Shown: positions 12,184 to 25,835, counted from the first letter of the stretch. The stretch: 64,000 nt of DNA from Leucoraja ocellata (GCA_036785375.1 JAWMAR010000001.1:23126001-23190000); one strand, 5' to 3'. Numbers and translations: made by a program. Notes: generated from the sequence alone by a model not told the origin.

Positions 12184-14982
12184 CTGAAAAAACAGAAAAT
12201 AATAATAATGCAATTGCTATCATTATTATTTAATTTGCTCAAGACAAAAATATATCACAGCAGCTTATGGGACATCAAAAGACTCAATTAAAGCAAATGT
12301 ACTCTATTGGTCCTGAAACAGACTCTACCAACAGATGCTTTTAAAGAAAACCAATTTAGTACGTCGATCTTCAATAATCTGCCCTTTTCTGCGTCTGCTG
12401 TTCTGATCTTTAATAAACATAATAGAAACATCAATTCAGTACAGTGCAAGAGGCATCCATTCAAATTGAATCCGTATTGGCACATTGTGGTACCATTTAC
12501 TTAGTCATTCTTTTGTCATAACCAAGTTATTTTCTCTCTAATTTCAATTTAAGTTTCCTTAGAAAGACTTGATCGTCTGTGCTTTGACTGCATTTATTGA
12601 CGGAGATTCTGATCATAATCACCCTGCATAAATATCGAATCTTCTGCTCTTGGAATTTGTTCTCCTAGTTATCATCTTACACTGATGGGTACAGCTTCTA
12701 TTTACTTAATCTAAATCTGCTACATATTTTTGAAACTTCCATTATTTTATTATTCCCCCAATCATCAACAGCTGGCGGTGATTATTTGTGCATCTTTTAT
12801 CTATCAGCTTTATTTTAAATAATTTTCAAGGTTCAAGGTCAGTTTATTGTCACGTGTACCAATTAAGATAAGAGTGAAATTTGAGTTATCATACAACCAT
12901 ACTAAGTGAAAAGCAACAAGACACACAACCACACAAAAGTTAACATAAACATCCATCAGGCTAAACTGAGAAAAAAAACTTTTAGATGCCAGTGACAAAC
13001 TGCAATGAAAGCAAGCAATAAGTGTATCAATTCCATGTATAATGTTTTATTCTGCAGAATGTGATCTGATAGTACAGAGGGGAAGAAGCTTTTATTGGTC
13101 TCGATGCCTGGGCTTTCACGGTACTACATCTTCTTCCAAAAGATAGATAGAAAAGGGAACGGCCAATGTGCAGACGCCTGCCATATATTCGAACTCTTAA
13201 TTCTACAGTTAATGCAATTTGCACTTTGGCATAGCTTTGCACTGTTTCAGATTGCACTACTATCTTTGCATCAGTCCTTTAGTTTTCACTCGCAGTATTT
13301 ATTATTGTATTCTTGTCGCATTGTTTACAGCGATGTGCCGATTTTGTTCCCAGAGTCCAAGTCAACACAAATGAACCTTAACTGCAATTATGGATCACTC
13401 ACAAATATACTTTCTTATAATTAACATAATCTACTATGTGCTCAACTAGATTCAAACAGGAATCACTTGGAGAACTACAATTCTTCATCCCACCCCCCCC
13501 CCCCCCCCCCCCCCAAGCGTTTGCAAAGTGACATTTTTTCAGTATTTGATGTATAAATGATGTCCGCAGAGGAGGAGAATAATGAAGTGTGCACTTCTCT
13601 TCGGTCTCCACAATTATTTTCATTTCATCCATTAAAATATTGCAAAGCTTGAAATTAATGGACTGTAAAATAACAAGAAACCCATCTTCAAGTACACCGC
13701 AGTAATAACTCACAGGTGCCTGAAGATGGCACCAACAAGAGTAATGCCTCCAAAATCAACAGCACCACCTTGCGGAATTCAATATGACTACAGATGAGAA
13801 GTTCTGTCCAGTCAGGCACTGATTGTTACAATTCCAAGAAAGAGTAAATATCTCAACTACTGTTCATGGAAGGATTGCAGCAGGGAAGTTTTTACATCCA
13901 CATGGATAGGACAGGTTTGGAAGGATATGGACCAAACGCAGGCAGGTGCGACTGGTGTAGCTGGGACATGTTGGATGATGTGGGCAAATTGGGCCGAAGG
14001 GCCTGTTTCCACGCTGTATCACTATGACATAGTCTCTGCTGGCTTTGTAGAACAACTTGGACATTCTCATTCCTCTCCCTCCCCCAAATTCTCACTCCAT
14101 AATCCTGAAAGAATTGGTTAGCTTTAAAATTTCAATTTCTCGAGAAGTCAGAGTATTTTTTTAAGAATGTAAATTACATGGTAGACTCTGCAGTCACATA
14201 ACATTTATACATTTCAACTTCTTTTCCCTGGAGAAGTCATGTCTGCAAAACTGTAATGCCTACAAAATTAGTAACAGTCAAACATTTTCAAAACATTAAA
14301 AGTTCCAAAACAAAATCCTCTCATCATATAATTTTGTAACCTAGATGGTTTTGTAACCTATCATGGCAACCTAAATGTCATACTTTGATGGCAGCTGACT
14401 GGTGAAGTTTCAGAACCACATCCATTCAGTATGTCTTGTGTAAGAACAATTCACCCATATCTTTTACCATGTTGCAGCAATGACCAAATCTACTAAAATA
14501 TGAACTCATAAGAAACAGGCTCTGACATTCAACCAGTATAATGCATGCTCCATACAATCCTCTTATTTCCTTCACCTCTCATCAATACATCCTCTTCCTT
14601 CCTCCCTCATGTGGTAACCAGCTTCCCCTTACGTGTACTCTTGTAGGCTCCAAATAAAATGTTGTTTCGATGCCTTAGCAAAGCCCATCACAATGCCCAT
14701 TTTTCCACGTTTGTCCTATATTCTTCACATTTCCATCAACTACCCCAGATCCTGCCATTTACCACATACGCAACAATTTCCATATTTTTGGTAGGCATGA
14801 CGAAACCAAGAACCTTGGTGAAACTCACCAGGTTATATGCAAAATGTGCAAACACCACATGAACTGTAAAGATTATGATTGAACCCAGATTGTTGACACT
14901 GTGAGGCAGCAGTTCTACTAGCTGTAAGTAATGATGGATCAACTGTTATCAACTCATAACAAATTTGCTTAATTATGCTTTA

Positions 14983-16387
14983 AGGAGCTGTCCCACTGCA
15001 GCGACCCAATCCACGAGTTCAGAAGAGTTTGCCCTCGACTCATAGAAACATAGAAATTAGGTGCAGGAGTAGGCCATTCGGCCCTTCGAGCCTGCACCGC
15101 CATTCAATATGATCATGGCTGATCATCCAACTCAGTATCCCGTACCTGCCTTCTCTCCATACCCCCTGATCCCCTTAGCCACAAGGGCCACATCTAACTC
15201 CCTCTTAAATATAGCCAATGAACTGGCCTCAACTACCCTCTGTGGCAGAGAGTTCCAGAGATTCACCACTCTCTGTGTGAAAAAAGTTCTTCTCATCTCG
15301 GTTTTAAAGGATTTCCCCTTTATCCTTAAGCTGTGACCTGGACTTCCCTAACATCGGGAACAATCTTCCTGCATCTAGCCTGTCCAACCCCTTAAGAATT
15401 TTGTAAGTTTCTATAAGATCCCCTCTCAATCTTCTAAATTCTAGAGAGTATAAACCAAGTCTATCCAGTCTTTCTTCATAAGACAGTCCTGACATCCCAG
15501 GAATCAGTCTGGTGAACCGTCTCTGCACTCCCTCTATGGCAATAATGTCCTTCCTCAGATTTGGAGACCAAAACTGTACGCAATACTCCAGGTGTGGTCT
15601 CACCAAGACCCTGTACAACTGCAGTAGAACCTCTCTGCTCCTATACTCAAATCCTTTTGCAATGAAAGCTAACATACCATTCGCTTTCTTTACTGCCTGC
15701 TGCACCTGCATGCCTACCTTCAATGACTGGTGTACCATGACACCCAGGTCTCGCTGCACCTCCCCCTTTCCCAATCGGCCACCATTTAGATAATAGTCTG
15801 CTTTCCTGTTTTTGCCACCAAAATGGATAACCTCACATTTATCCACATTATACTGCATCTGCCAAACATTTGCCCACTCACCCAGCCTATCCAAGTCACC
15901 CTGCAGTCTCCTAGCATCCTCCTCACAGCTAACACTGCCCCCCAGCTTAGTGTCATCCGCAAACTTGGAGATATTGCCTTCAATTCCCTCATCCAGATCA
16001 TTAATATATATTGTAAATAGCTGGGGTCCCAGTACTGAGCCTTGGGGTACCCCACTAGTCACTGCCTGCCATTGTGAAAAGGACCCGTTTACTCCTACTC
16101 TTTGCTTCCTGTTTGCCAGCCAGTTCTCTATCCACATCAATACTGAACCCCCAATGCCTTGTGCTTTAAGTTTGTATACTAATCTCTTATGTGGGACCTT
16201 GTCGAAAGCCTTCTGGAAGTCCATGCTCGCAGCATGGTCGACACGATGTCCTAGGAGGTCTTTGTAACTCTCCTTCACGCTCGAGAGTAGTCCCCACGTA
16301 CTCGAGGCCTCAGCTAGGTCGCGGTGTATTTTTCAACATGCTGAAAAATGCCCACGAGTAAAAAAAGGTCGCCATGGAAAAAAATCT
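14983..16387. mobile_element. Harbinger-like MITE interrupted by the CR1 insertion
   Basis: Left end gagctgtcccact; central palindrome tttttcaacatgctgaaaaa also present in the 32717-33020 element; right TIR not seen. Confidence 0.65.
15041..16224 (-). mobile_element. 5'-truncated CR1-clade LINE with nearly intact RT C-terminal half
   Basis: DFQKAFDKVPH, GVPQGSVLGP, FADDTKL and LVRPHLEYCVQFWSP; 3' tail of (TTTCTATG)n repeats. Confidence 0.95.
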
Positions 16388-16799
16388 TTTGCATTCTGGT
16401 ATACAATTTGTACAGTAGTAGATGTTTCAGTTATTTTTAAATTAAAAAAAACATGGTTTGCTGAAAAAGTCATTTGAATTCTTACAAAACCTTTACATTT
16501 GGAATCTATGTGTACGTCTACTGCTATTCAGACTTTTCACAATAAATGCATGATTAATATTTCAATTAGCCTAATGCAAAAATACTCCATCTGAAATCTC
16601 TGCAATAACATAATTCGCTGTTATTCAATAAACATTTCCACATTTTGAAATGATAGAAACAATAATAAAACGTGCAAAAGCTGTGCAATCGGACCTTTTC
16701 AACAGATATAGAATCTCCACACCAAGCAATACTTCCTACAGCACTAAGTAATTCATTATGAATATTCATGCATATCAAGTGAAGGCAAACACTTTACCA

Positions 16800-16993
16800 T
16801 TTAAGAAGGAACTGCAGGAGCTGGAAAATCGAAGGTAGACAAAAATGCTGGAGAAACTCAGCAGGTGAGGCAGCATCTATGGAGCGAAGAAAATAGGCAA
16901 CGTTTTGGGTCGAAACTCAAAATGTTGCCTATTTCCTTCGCTCCATAGATGCTGCCTCACCCGCTGAGTTTCTCCAGCATTTTTGTCTACCTT
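16800..16993. mobile_element. Penelope-derived fold-back insertion
   Basis: ~80-bp inverted arms; direct repeat caaacactttacca at 16786-16799 and 16994-17007. Confidence 0.8.
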
Positions 16994-17984
16994 CAAACAC
17001 TTTACCAGCTGCAAAACAACTTCAGTCCTGGTAGACCTCTCATAAGCTCATGATTAACATAATTAAGTCTAGAGATTTTAGTGAATCATGATAAAAAAAG
17101 ACACATTTCTATCTTAGCACTGAAGTGTTAATATGCAACTTTATCAACAATTATAATTGGCAGATTTCACAGCAGCAATTATAAATTAACTTCTTCACAA
17201 TCTCTAATATGTAACTATAACTGTCAGATTCCACAAAGCTGCAATTAGGTATTAACTTCTTCACCATCTCCAATGAAAATTATCCACAAAATATTCTTTT
17301 ATTGAGTGATTTTGCTCACTCGTAGGTTTCCTATGCATCGGTAATGAATGGCAAAAACTCTGTGTGGAAGTGCACATTTTCATGAAGTTTGAAAAGTGGA
17401 GCAGAGGTAGAAAGATACATTATTAACAAAAATGCGTCACAGAAGAATTATTCTGATACCCGACTTCAATCAAATGTTATCTCTTTGTGGTCCTGGATAG
17501 AGCCAGTTTAAACTACACAACTTCCAACCATCCCCCCTTCCAAAAAATTAATCCTTGACCAGCCAAAGGAATGTCAGTAGATTATTTTATTGGGACAATT
17601 ACCATTAGTAACACATTGGGGTTTTTTTTTAAACCATATATTGTTTTATTCGTGTGGTCAAAGTCATAGGATCGACTTTTACTGTTTTATTTGTGATAGC
17701 CTTTATATGTGTACGATAATGGCGAACAATCCCCAAACTCAATTTAAACGAGTAATTTGCTAAAATAACCCTTATAAATTTCCCTTGCATAATGACACTC
17801 GTTAAAATAACACATTTTGAAAGTAATTAACTCCCATAAGATTATTGTTCAAAAATCCTCTACTGAGGAGAGTGAACAAATTCAAATTGTCTTGCCATCT
17901 GCGGTGCTTGCTCAGCCATTATAAATAGGGCAGGATGTGCAACAAATGGCCATAAATTGATAACCAGGATTGTGCCACTCTGTA

Positions 17985-18116
17985 TTTAAGAGGGAACTGC
18001 AGATGCCGGAGAATCGAAGGTTACACAAAAAAGCTGGAGAAACTCAGCGGGTGCAGCAGCATCTATGGAGCGAAGGAAATAGGCAACGTTTCGGGCCGAA
18101 ACCCTTATGTGTAACC
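17985..18116. mobile_element. Penelope-derived short insertion
   Basis: Same core sequence; 15-bp direct repeat ttgtgccactctgta at 17970-17984 and 18117-18131. Confidence 0.8.
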
Positions 18117-19128
18117 TTGTGCCACTCTGTAGCTGTGTTGCAACCGATGACAGTGTTTTTCTCCTGAATGCCTGCTCCTTCATGTGCAAACTTTACTTTT
18201 AATTCCAAGACTATTAATGGCAACTTAGACCTCTGACATTTTTGAAGAAGTTTATCTCTCTATGCATTTTGTGATGACATCTTTATTATTCAAATTTATT
18301 TATTATTGCCACTTGGACATTGATAAATGGATAGAACTTCCACAATATTGGAATCAGCAAAGAACTACTGAACATGGTTTCTAAAATGGTTAATAATGGA
18401 TCTCAAGTAATTTATAGGTTACATTCCGTACTGGAACTACCAGCTTCAACCTACTGTTTTGTTTTAACCCCATATGTTATTTCCAAGTCATGTTTATAAC
18501 ATAGAAGTTTGTCATGTGGCCCTTCATGTTTGATCCAACATTTAATATCATAGCAGATCACTTAGCTCAATACCCTGTCCCACTTTCTCCCCTTCTCGTA
18601 TTCACACCACCCACAAACTTGAAATTATTGAATCTAACTTATTTTCTCATGTACTATAACTTGGAATACATTGACTTACTTAACATTCCTTAGCAGACAT
18701 GCACAGCAAGAGAAGGCACAAAGTTAAGGGAAACATTCTTCTCATTGGAAGTGTTTTAATGGCAACTTAAAATAATAAGGTCGATCCTATCTCTGTAATT
18801 AGGAAACTTGATTTGTTTGTATATATCAGATATTTAAAGTTCAGTTGATATCCGTGTGCACATGCAAATATGGATGTTTCAAGCAATAATTGTATTAAAT
18901 GGTACTGTTCGTCAGAGTTAATATCACAATATTTTGTAAAAAATGGATATGGTACAATATGGAAGAGATATGGTACAAAAGACAGATGGTCTAAAGATTA
19001 CTACAATTTACTCTTCACTGTGTGCAAAAGTGTGCTCTCTCAATTGTATATTATTTCTTATCTTAATGATCCAAGCACCTTATTTCCCTCTCCCCAAGGT
19101 TACTAACGTAGACATATTTGGTACTTAC

Positions 19129-19209
19129 CTCTTGTGCCTTTTTCAGGATGGAATCATTTCGAGCTTGATTTGCTGACCCCAGCCTTTTCTCTATCTGCAT
19201 TAGCTTTGC
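19129..19209 (-). CDS. ATF7IP: ATF7IP 81-nt exon
   Basis: AKLMQIEKRLGSANQARNDSILKKAQE, similar to mammalian AKIARLTKRF...LKKRHE; acceptor tttgctgcag, donor GAG|gtaagt. Confidence 0.9.
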
Positions 19210-19456
19210 CTGCAGCAAATACAAGAGCACAATTATTTAAAAGAATAAATCCAAAAATTTAGTCCAGATGCATATCCACCCAGGCCTGATCTTCAAATAC
19301 AATTCTTGGCTGACTGAACATTAAAGTTACAAAACTGTAAACATTTACTCTTTAAAACCAAACAGAGAAAACGGAAAAAGGACAAGATAGTTGGCGTCAG
19401 AAATAAAGGGTGTCAAGTGCAACCAGGTTTGTCCAAACAGATTACTTGTTCATTTA

Positions 19457-19643
19457 GGTTACACAAAAAAGCTGGAGAAACTCAGCGGGTGCAGCAGCAT
19501 CTATGGAGCGAAGGAAATAGGCAAAGTTTCGGCCCGAAACGTTGCCTATTTCCTTCGCTCCATAGATGCTGCTGCACCCGCTGAGTTTCTCCAGCTTTTT
19601 TGTGTAACCTTCGATTCTCCAGCATCTGCAGTTCCCTCTTAAA
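19457..19643. mobile_element. Penelope-derived fold-back insertion
   Basis: Near-perfect ~155-bp palindrome; direct repeat tacttgttcattta at 19443-19456 and 19644-19657. Confidence 0.85.
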
Positions 19644-20726
19644 TACTTGTTCATTTATTTCACTGCTGTCAGTGGTATGTGCAAATGAAATACTGGAGAA
19701 AAAAACCAGAAAGATGCATATTTACAATGCGAGAAGCTTCTGTCACGTTTTACTTCAGGACTCAAATCAGCCAATTAGTCTGATGGCGGTCTTCATCCAG
19801 TTAATTTACGCTGATCTAAAGATGCTCATATCACAGCAAACGAATGGAAACCAACATCAGAATTTTAATGTGGATATTTTTAGACATGCTTATTATCTTG
19901 GTTTTCAAGATATTAATAAAAAGATTCTATTCGCAGGCTCTGAGGCAAGTTCTGTGCAACAGCTTCAAAGGAGGTCAGCAAACTCAAAGCACAATGATGA
20001 ATTCTATGAACAAATGAATGAAGACAGGGAAATGCAGCAAAAGGTTAAATTGCTCTTGCATCTTCTTGGTAGCCAAACATATTTGCAACACATCCCCCCC
20101 AATTGCGATGTGAGCTGTAAATCTTTTGCATCTGTCTACTGTGATGAATATTTATAACTGGAGACTGAGCTATATTGGATGTCAGTTTATTATTGTCATG
20201 TGTACCATGATATAGTGAAATACGGTGTGCTATCTGGTCAAATCATACTATACATGAGTAAAATCAAGCAATATACAAGTCCATACGATAGTGCAAAGAT
20301 AAAAATACCAGAATGCAAATTAAAGTGGTACAGCATTACTGCCGTAGAGAAAGTGCAGAGAGAAGAGACGCAATGAGGTAGGTTGGAAAATTGAGACTTT
20401 AACCTCGCTTATGAGAGGATTAGTCAGTAGTCCGAGTACCATGGGAAAGAGATGGTATCAGATTCTGATGGAAGTGCTTTCAAACTTTTGTGTCTTCCAC
20501 CCGATAAGGGAGGGGACATGGAGGAATGACTGGGATCATGGATAACATGGAAGGAAAGGTTGTTGCCTTAACCTTCACATCAGTGTTCTCCCCCATTACA
20601 GTCAGACTGAAGAAGAGCTCCATTCCCAAAATGTCATCTATCCTCCACAGATGTTGATGACCCGCTGAGAAACACCAGCACTTTGTGGTCTATACAAGAT
20701 TCCAGCATCTGTAGTTCTCCACTACT

Positions 20727-21555
20727 TCACAAAGGACAAAGGACATATATTGTCACATACATCAATTGGTGCAGTGAAATTTGAGTTACCATGCAGCACA
20801 CAAATAAGATAAGCACAACACTATAGAATTTAACGTAAGACATAAAAATACCCCCCCACAGCGGGATCAATGTTTCCCACTGTGAGGGAAGGCAACAAAG
20901 TTCAGTCCTCTTCCTCTTGTTCACCTGTGGTCGGGGCCTTTAAGGCCTCCGCATTTGCCGCAACGGCGGCCTGATGTTTCAGGCCCTCTTGCTGGGATGA
21001 TGAAACTTCGACGTCGGAACGGAGAACACGCTCAGCAGCTTGGAGTTTCCGAAACGGCCGCTTCCTACCCGAGACCGCGGCTTCCGAAGACAACAGGCCG
21101 AGCTGGGTGGAGCTCCAACACTGGCGATCCTCAGCGAAAGATCCCAGGTCTTCACGATGTTAAAGTCAGAGCCGCCTGCGGCTGGAAGCGTCGCAAACCA
21201 CAGCTCCACGATGTTCAAGTTGGCAGTCCCAACACGGCAATCCCGGTAAGGCATCGCCCGCTCCGCGATGGCACTTCAGTGCTGCGTCGCTGCTGAAGCA
21301 CTGGCAGGACTTCGGCAGGAAAGGCCGCGCCAATCCAGTTGGTAAGCCGCGAGGAGGGGGGCGGAGGTGCGACTCGGAGAAAAGACGCATCCTCGACCAA
21401 GTAGTGACTGAGAAAAAACGGTTTCCCCCTCCCCCCCAACATAAAAAAGATTAAAAGACCTCCAAAACAAAACTTTTAGACAAACTAAAAATAGCAAAAA
21501 GGATGAAAGGACAGCAGCTGGCGAGGCTGCCCCACTCGATGGCCCCACCACTCGA
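20727..21555 (-). mobile_element. Non-autonomous CpG-rich retroelement with LINE-like 3' tail
   Basis: Tail gtgacaat...(cctttgt)n; GC-rich body; layout similar to 62745-63446. Confidence 0.6.
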
Positions 21556-22135
21556 CACCATACAGAGTTGAAAATATAATGGTGATCCTTCATGAAGTCC
21601 TGAAATTCCCTATCCAAAGGCACTGTGTGAGTACCTTCACCTGAAGTATTGCTGCGGTTCAAGGCAGTGGCTCATCAACTTCTCAAGGTCAATAAATGAT
21701 GGTCTTGTCAGTGATGCCCAGATTTGAAAAAATGAATTAAAAAATTGCTCTTTCAAAACGTTAATGGACACACAGCCATAAAATCAAATAATTAGATTTC
21801 TAAGTAATAGGACAAAGGCACACCATTTAATTTTCACTTGAACATTAGTGTTTTCAACTATTTATACTGGTATAGAGGGACTCCAACTGCAAGTGAACCT
21901 GTTTTTAAGTGGAACCCAGAACCCAATTCCCTAACGTTGCTCCTGACAGCTAATATGAGATAGTTCATTTGAGGGAGTTCAGAAACACTGGGGTGTTCCA
22001 CAACAACCATTTCAAAAGATTACCATTCCGAGAAACAAGGCATTAAGGAATAGAGTGCCTCTAGTCATCTTTACTTGATTTTCCAAATTACTTCCACATT
22101 TTATGCTGGAAGTGGCCATAGCTGCTCAAACTTAC

Positions 22136-22273
22136 CTGTAAGCCATTGATTAAAGATTCATGCCTTGTGTTGCATTCTATCTTTTCTACTCTGTTTTTCA
22201 GCTCTGCCAGTTTCTTGTCGAAAACACCACTTTGCATGGAGCTTATCCGCTCTTCAATAATTTGCTGAACGAT
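22136..22273 (-). CDS. ATF7IP: ATF7IP 138-nt exon (coiled-coil SETDB1-binding domain)
   Basis: IVQQIIEERISSMQSGVFDKKLAELKNRVEKIECNTRHESLINGLQ; acceptor tttttgcacag, donor CAG|gtaagt. Confidence 0.95.
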
Positions 22274-22974
22274 CTGTGCAAAAATAAGAAAAAAAAGATT
22301 TGCTTACCATTAATAAAAATAATGCTCCCATTCCCATTAATCAGCTTCAACTGGAAATGTTAGTTCAGTGTTTACAGTTGTAATTCACCATTGTGATTTC
22401 TGAAAAAGAGCACAGATGGTGTCATTCTACATACAGCACACTTTCTGATGTATTGTACAGGAACTTGGACCACATTACTCAGAGGATGCTTGTTGTAGCA
22501 CATGCACAGACCAACATGGTCATCATTTAGACACTGCAGATCTCCCATGTGAGAGTTAAGTAAACGTAAGGCTGTTAGATAGATTTTTGGATGGTTAATA
22601 ACACAGCATTGAGGCTGGTGTGTGGTATATCTGTGTGGGGGGTGGGAGTAGTGGCGGTGCATGGACAAAGTGTAAATTCAGTCTCAACACTGAATGGCTG
22701 AGCACCTTAAAAGGGTGACCTTCGCCTAGTTGATAAGAATGTGCATTTATTTTCCAGACCTGGTTCAGGAAATAACTGAATCTCTGGAATTGCGAATATC
22801 TAATTAGAGATCTGCCAACCATGAATCTAATAGCAATATCAGATTGGCATGACCAAAAAAAGACCTGTAGAGAAAATGAGATTCTAAGAAAATGAAAAGA
22901 AATGCACCCAGGAAGGCTTGGATGGAGTCTGTCCATTTCAGTCCAAGAATTAAAATGTGAAACTTATCAATTGT

Positions 22975-23445
22975 CATTAAGCTGGAAAGAGTGCAGAGAA
23001 GATTTACAAGGGTGTTACTAGAGAGGCTGACCTGTAGGGAGAGGTTAGGCAGACTAAGACTATATTCCTTGGAGTGCAGAATACTGAGGGATGTTGTTGT
23101 AGAGATGTATAAAATCATAAGGGGAATAGATAGGGTGAATGCACAGCCTTTTACCCAGGGCAGAGAAATCAAAAACTAGAGGGTATAGATTTAAGGTGAG
23201 TGGGGCAAGATTTAATAAGAACCTGAGCGGCAATTTTATCACTCAGGTGATATGGAATGAACTGTCAGAGGAGGTAGTTGGGATAAGTACTGTGACACTA
23301 GGACATGTACATGGGTTGGAAAGGTTTAGAAGTAGAAGGGCCAAACACAAAGCAAATGGGACTAGCCTAGATGGGGCACCTTGTTTGACATGAATGAGTT
23401 AGAACGAGAGGCCTGTTTCCATGCTGTACGACTTAACTATTCTAA
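22975..23445 (+). mobile_element. CR1 LINE 3' fragment
   Basis: LERVQRRFTR, LYSLE, YKIIRGIDRV and TRGYRFKV motifs. Confidence 0.85.
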
Positions 23446-23569
23446 ATCAAGTAACAGGAAAGACTTTCATCTGTGCAAAAACAAAAATGGCAAATGCAGC
23501 AGAGGAAGTAGTGGAGACCAAGCTATTACAGAAATTGGAGGAGACAACATTGGCTTCTGCATGAGATCA

Positions 23570-24195
23570 AGCTGTTGAAGGAAGATAATTCACTGAACAC
23601 TTGCATGCTGTCAATCAATGCCTGCAGTAAGGCTTCATAGAAACTGGAGGAACAGGGCCTCATATTCCACTTAGATAGTTTACAACCTAACAGTATGAAC
23701 AGTGAATTCTCCAACTTCAAGTAATACCCCCCGCCCCGTTTCTTTCCCGTGTCATTGATCGCCACCTCAGTGTGCGCACATTCTTTTCCTAACTCCCACC
23801 CACTCTCCTCGAGTTACCCTGCTTCTTCCCCTCCATCCTATACATTTCATCTATCTCCAAGTCCACCACTTCCCGTTTTCTATCGCTCCCACTCTCGTCA
23901 TTCCCATCCCAGATCCCCTTCATCCCACACCCCTCTCCAACTTTAAATTTTACTCCTCCTCCTGTCCTCGTCTTAACCAACATATTTTCTCTCCTTTTGA
24001 CCAGTCATTTATTCCAGCCATCTGTCAATCAAACTCCCCATACCTATATGCACCGAGCACTTGACAGGCTGTGTCCTGCCCTCACCTCTTTTGCACCTTT
24101 TATATTCTATTCCAATTAATCTGAAAAGGTCCAGAAGAGTCTTTTCCCTCCCCAAATGCTGCCTGACTTACTGAGTACCTCCAGCACTTCCTCCA
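23570..24195 (+). mobile_element. Penelope 3' end (GIY-YIG tail plus pyrimidine-rich UTR), degenerate
   Basis: LEEQGLIFHLDSLQPNSMNSEFSNFK* followed by a C/T-rich tract and atgctgcctgacttactgag. Confidence 0.7.
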
Positions 24196-24288
24196 AAGCA
24201 GAGTTTGTATTGAACAATGACATGGTGTAAAGAATGAGCCATTGTTTGCCAATTATGTGGTATAGATACAATAGTATTGGTCATATAC

Positions 24289-24434
24289 CTTCTCCAGTGT
24301 CTCGCGAATCTCGCCTCGAGCAGTGATCTTCACTTTTAAGGCTGCTTCATATTCATCTCCAGAATATCGACACCGCTTCGATATACTACTGTCCATGTCT
24401 TCAGACCGGGACCTTTTTCGTGGCACTACTACAT
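24289..24434 (-). CDS. ATF7IP: ATF7IP 146-nt exon (basic NLS-like region, start of SETDB1-binding domain 1)
   Basis: RKRSRSEDMDSSISKRCRYSGDEYEAALKVKITARGEIRETLEK; acceptor tcattgcag, donor AAG|gtatat (phase 0). Confidence 0.95.
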
Positions 24435-25835
24435 CTGCAATGACGGACAAGGAGTTTTCTATTTTAAGTAACACCATTCAGTCTATCAAAATTATATTTT
24501 ATTTGTAAGCCATAAACAACACGTGGACATTTTTCACAATCAGTGATCAGATAGTTGTGGTCAATACAGTGAAGAATAAAAGGAATATCACTCACAATAT
24601 TACTCTTTTCTAGATCTGCGATTATGGTAAAATTGGTAGGAAAGGCTGGCAAGTCACATGACCAATCTGCAGAACTGTACACTGCATATATTGTCACTGT
24701 TCTACTTTTCTCTTCTGATTCTGCAACCAACTATTTTATTTTCTAATGTAAAAACCCACTTAATTTGCAACTGTAACAGCCCTCCAAGAATTCAGTGCAG
24801 CACTTTTTGGGAACAAATTGAGTTTACTCACTTTGTGATATTTTCTAATCATTGCCTCTTATTTCAGCACATATCCCTTCCATTTCATGCGAGAGATCAT
24901 TAATAGAAAACTTGTATTTCATGGAAGTACTTTCAGAAGTACTAGAACTTAAGCTCAAATCATCAGCAAGCTGGCAGAGGAAAAATGATAGCTTCCCAAA
25001 AAGTTTGTTAAATGAACGAAGCTAGGGAAGTCACAGATAAAAGCCATAGATGGGTGGCACAAGATGCACTTGTGCTTCATCACTTAAGCAGCTTTTGCTT
25101 TTGGTAATCATTAAATAAAGAGAACAGCAAATGGAAGTTTTGACCTTGTATGGCGAGGGATACTATGCAGAAACTAATCATGGCAGAAGGTATTTATGGA
25201 CAGGGTATCACTAAATATACGCCGGTTGCTAAGAGTTGTTCCATACAACAATACTGTCATGTTACACCCTAATGAGCAACAAATTAAAAAAAATAGTAAT
25301 GTCCGCCTTTTCACCACCATCCTGACCCATAGTTCCTACAGAAACATGGTGCTTTTAACGGAAAGCATTGACCACCATTTGTTTTTTATTTGACTATTCA
25401 GCACAAGATCTGAAAAAAAAATTGTCCTCGCGATATGAAGAGTCCACAATTGCCTAATACTGTAGCTCACCCTGTACTGTACTTTTCCTCTAATTGTGAC
25501 ATTTCTAGGCTACCAAATGTGTGCTACACTTGTCAAAATCGCAGTAACTTTCATTTCAGCAAAAGGCAGATGTGGAGTAGAATTAGTGCTACTGACTACA
25601 GCAACAATACTTATGACCAAATGGGAACTTTAATGAAAAGATTGTTTTGTACATGCTTCAAATGGGCTACAGTTACAGAGCACAGCAGGCTGAACTGTTG
25701 TCCAATGGACTACCTGAAGTTATGATTAAGGATACTTTAATGAGGGTAAAATCTGGAAAATGCAATATAATTGTGAAACCAAAGATATGATGTTATCTTC
25801 AATAATCAAATTCATTGAATTTAAAAAGCACTTAC

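Noticed and set aside
13493-13514. Poly-C tracts here and at 52505-52529
   Set aside because: Simple homopolymers with no further structure.
16800-19650. CRISPR-like or regularly spaced array
   Set aside because: Eukaryotic dispersed repeats with irregular kb-scale spacing.
19391-19654. Similar peptides on both strands (YTKKLEKLSGCSSIYGAKEIG)
   Set aside because: Artefact of the DNA palindrome, not a gene.
19600-20157. 185-aa plus-strand ORF
   Set aside because: Starts inside a repeat at a non-ATG codon and has no recognisable domain.
24464-24730. ORF MVAESEEKSRT... as the short ATF7IP exon
   Set aside because: Purine-rich acceptor and no phase-compatible donor; 25836-25889 fits better.
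25470-25505. Possible micro-exon with gtgag donor
   Set aside because: Its phase is incompatible with the flanking exons.
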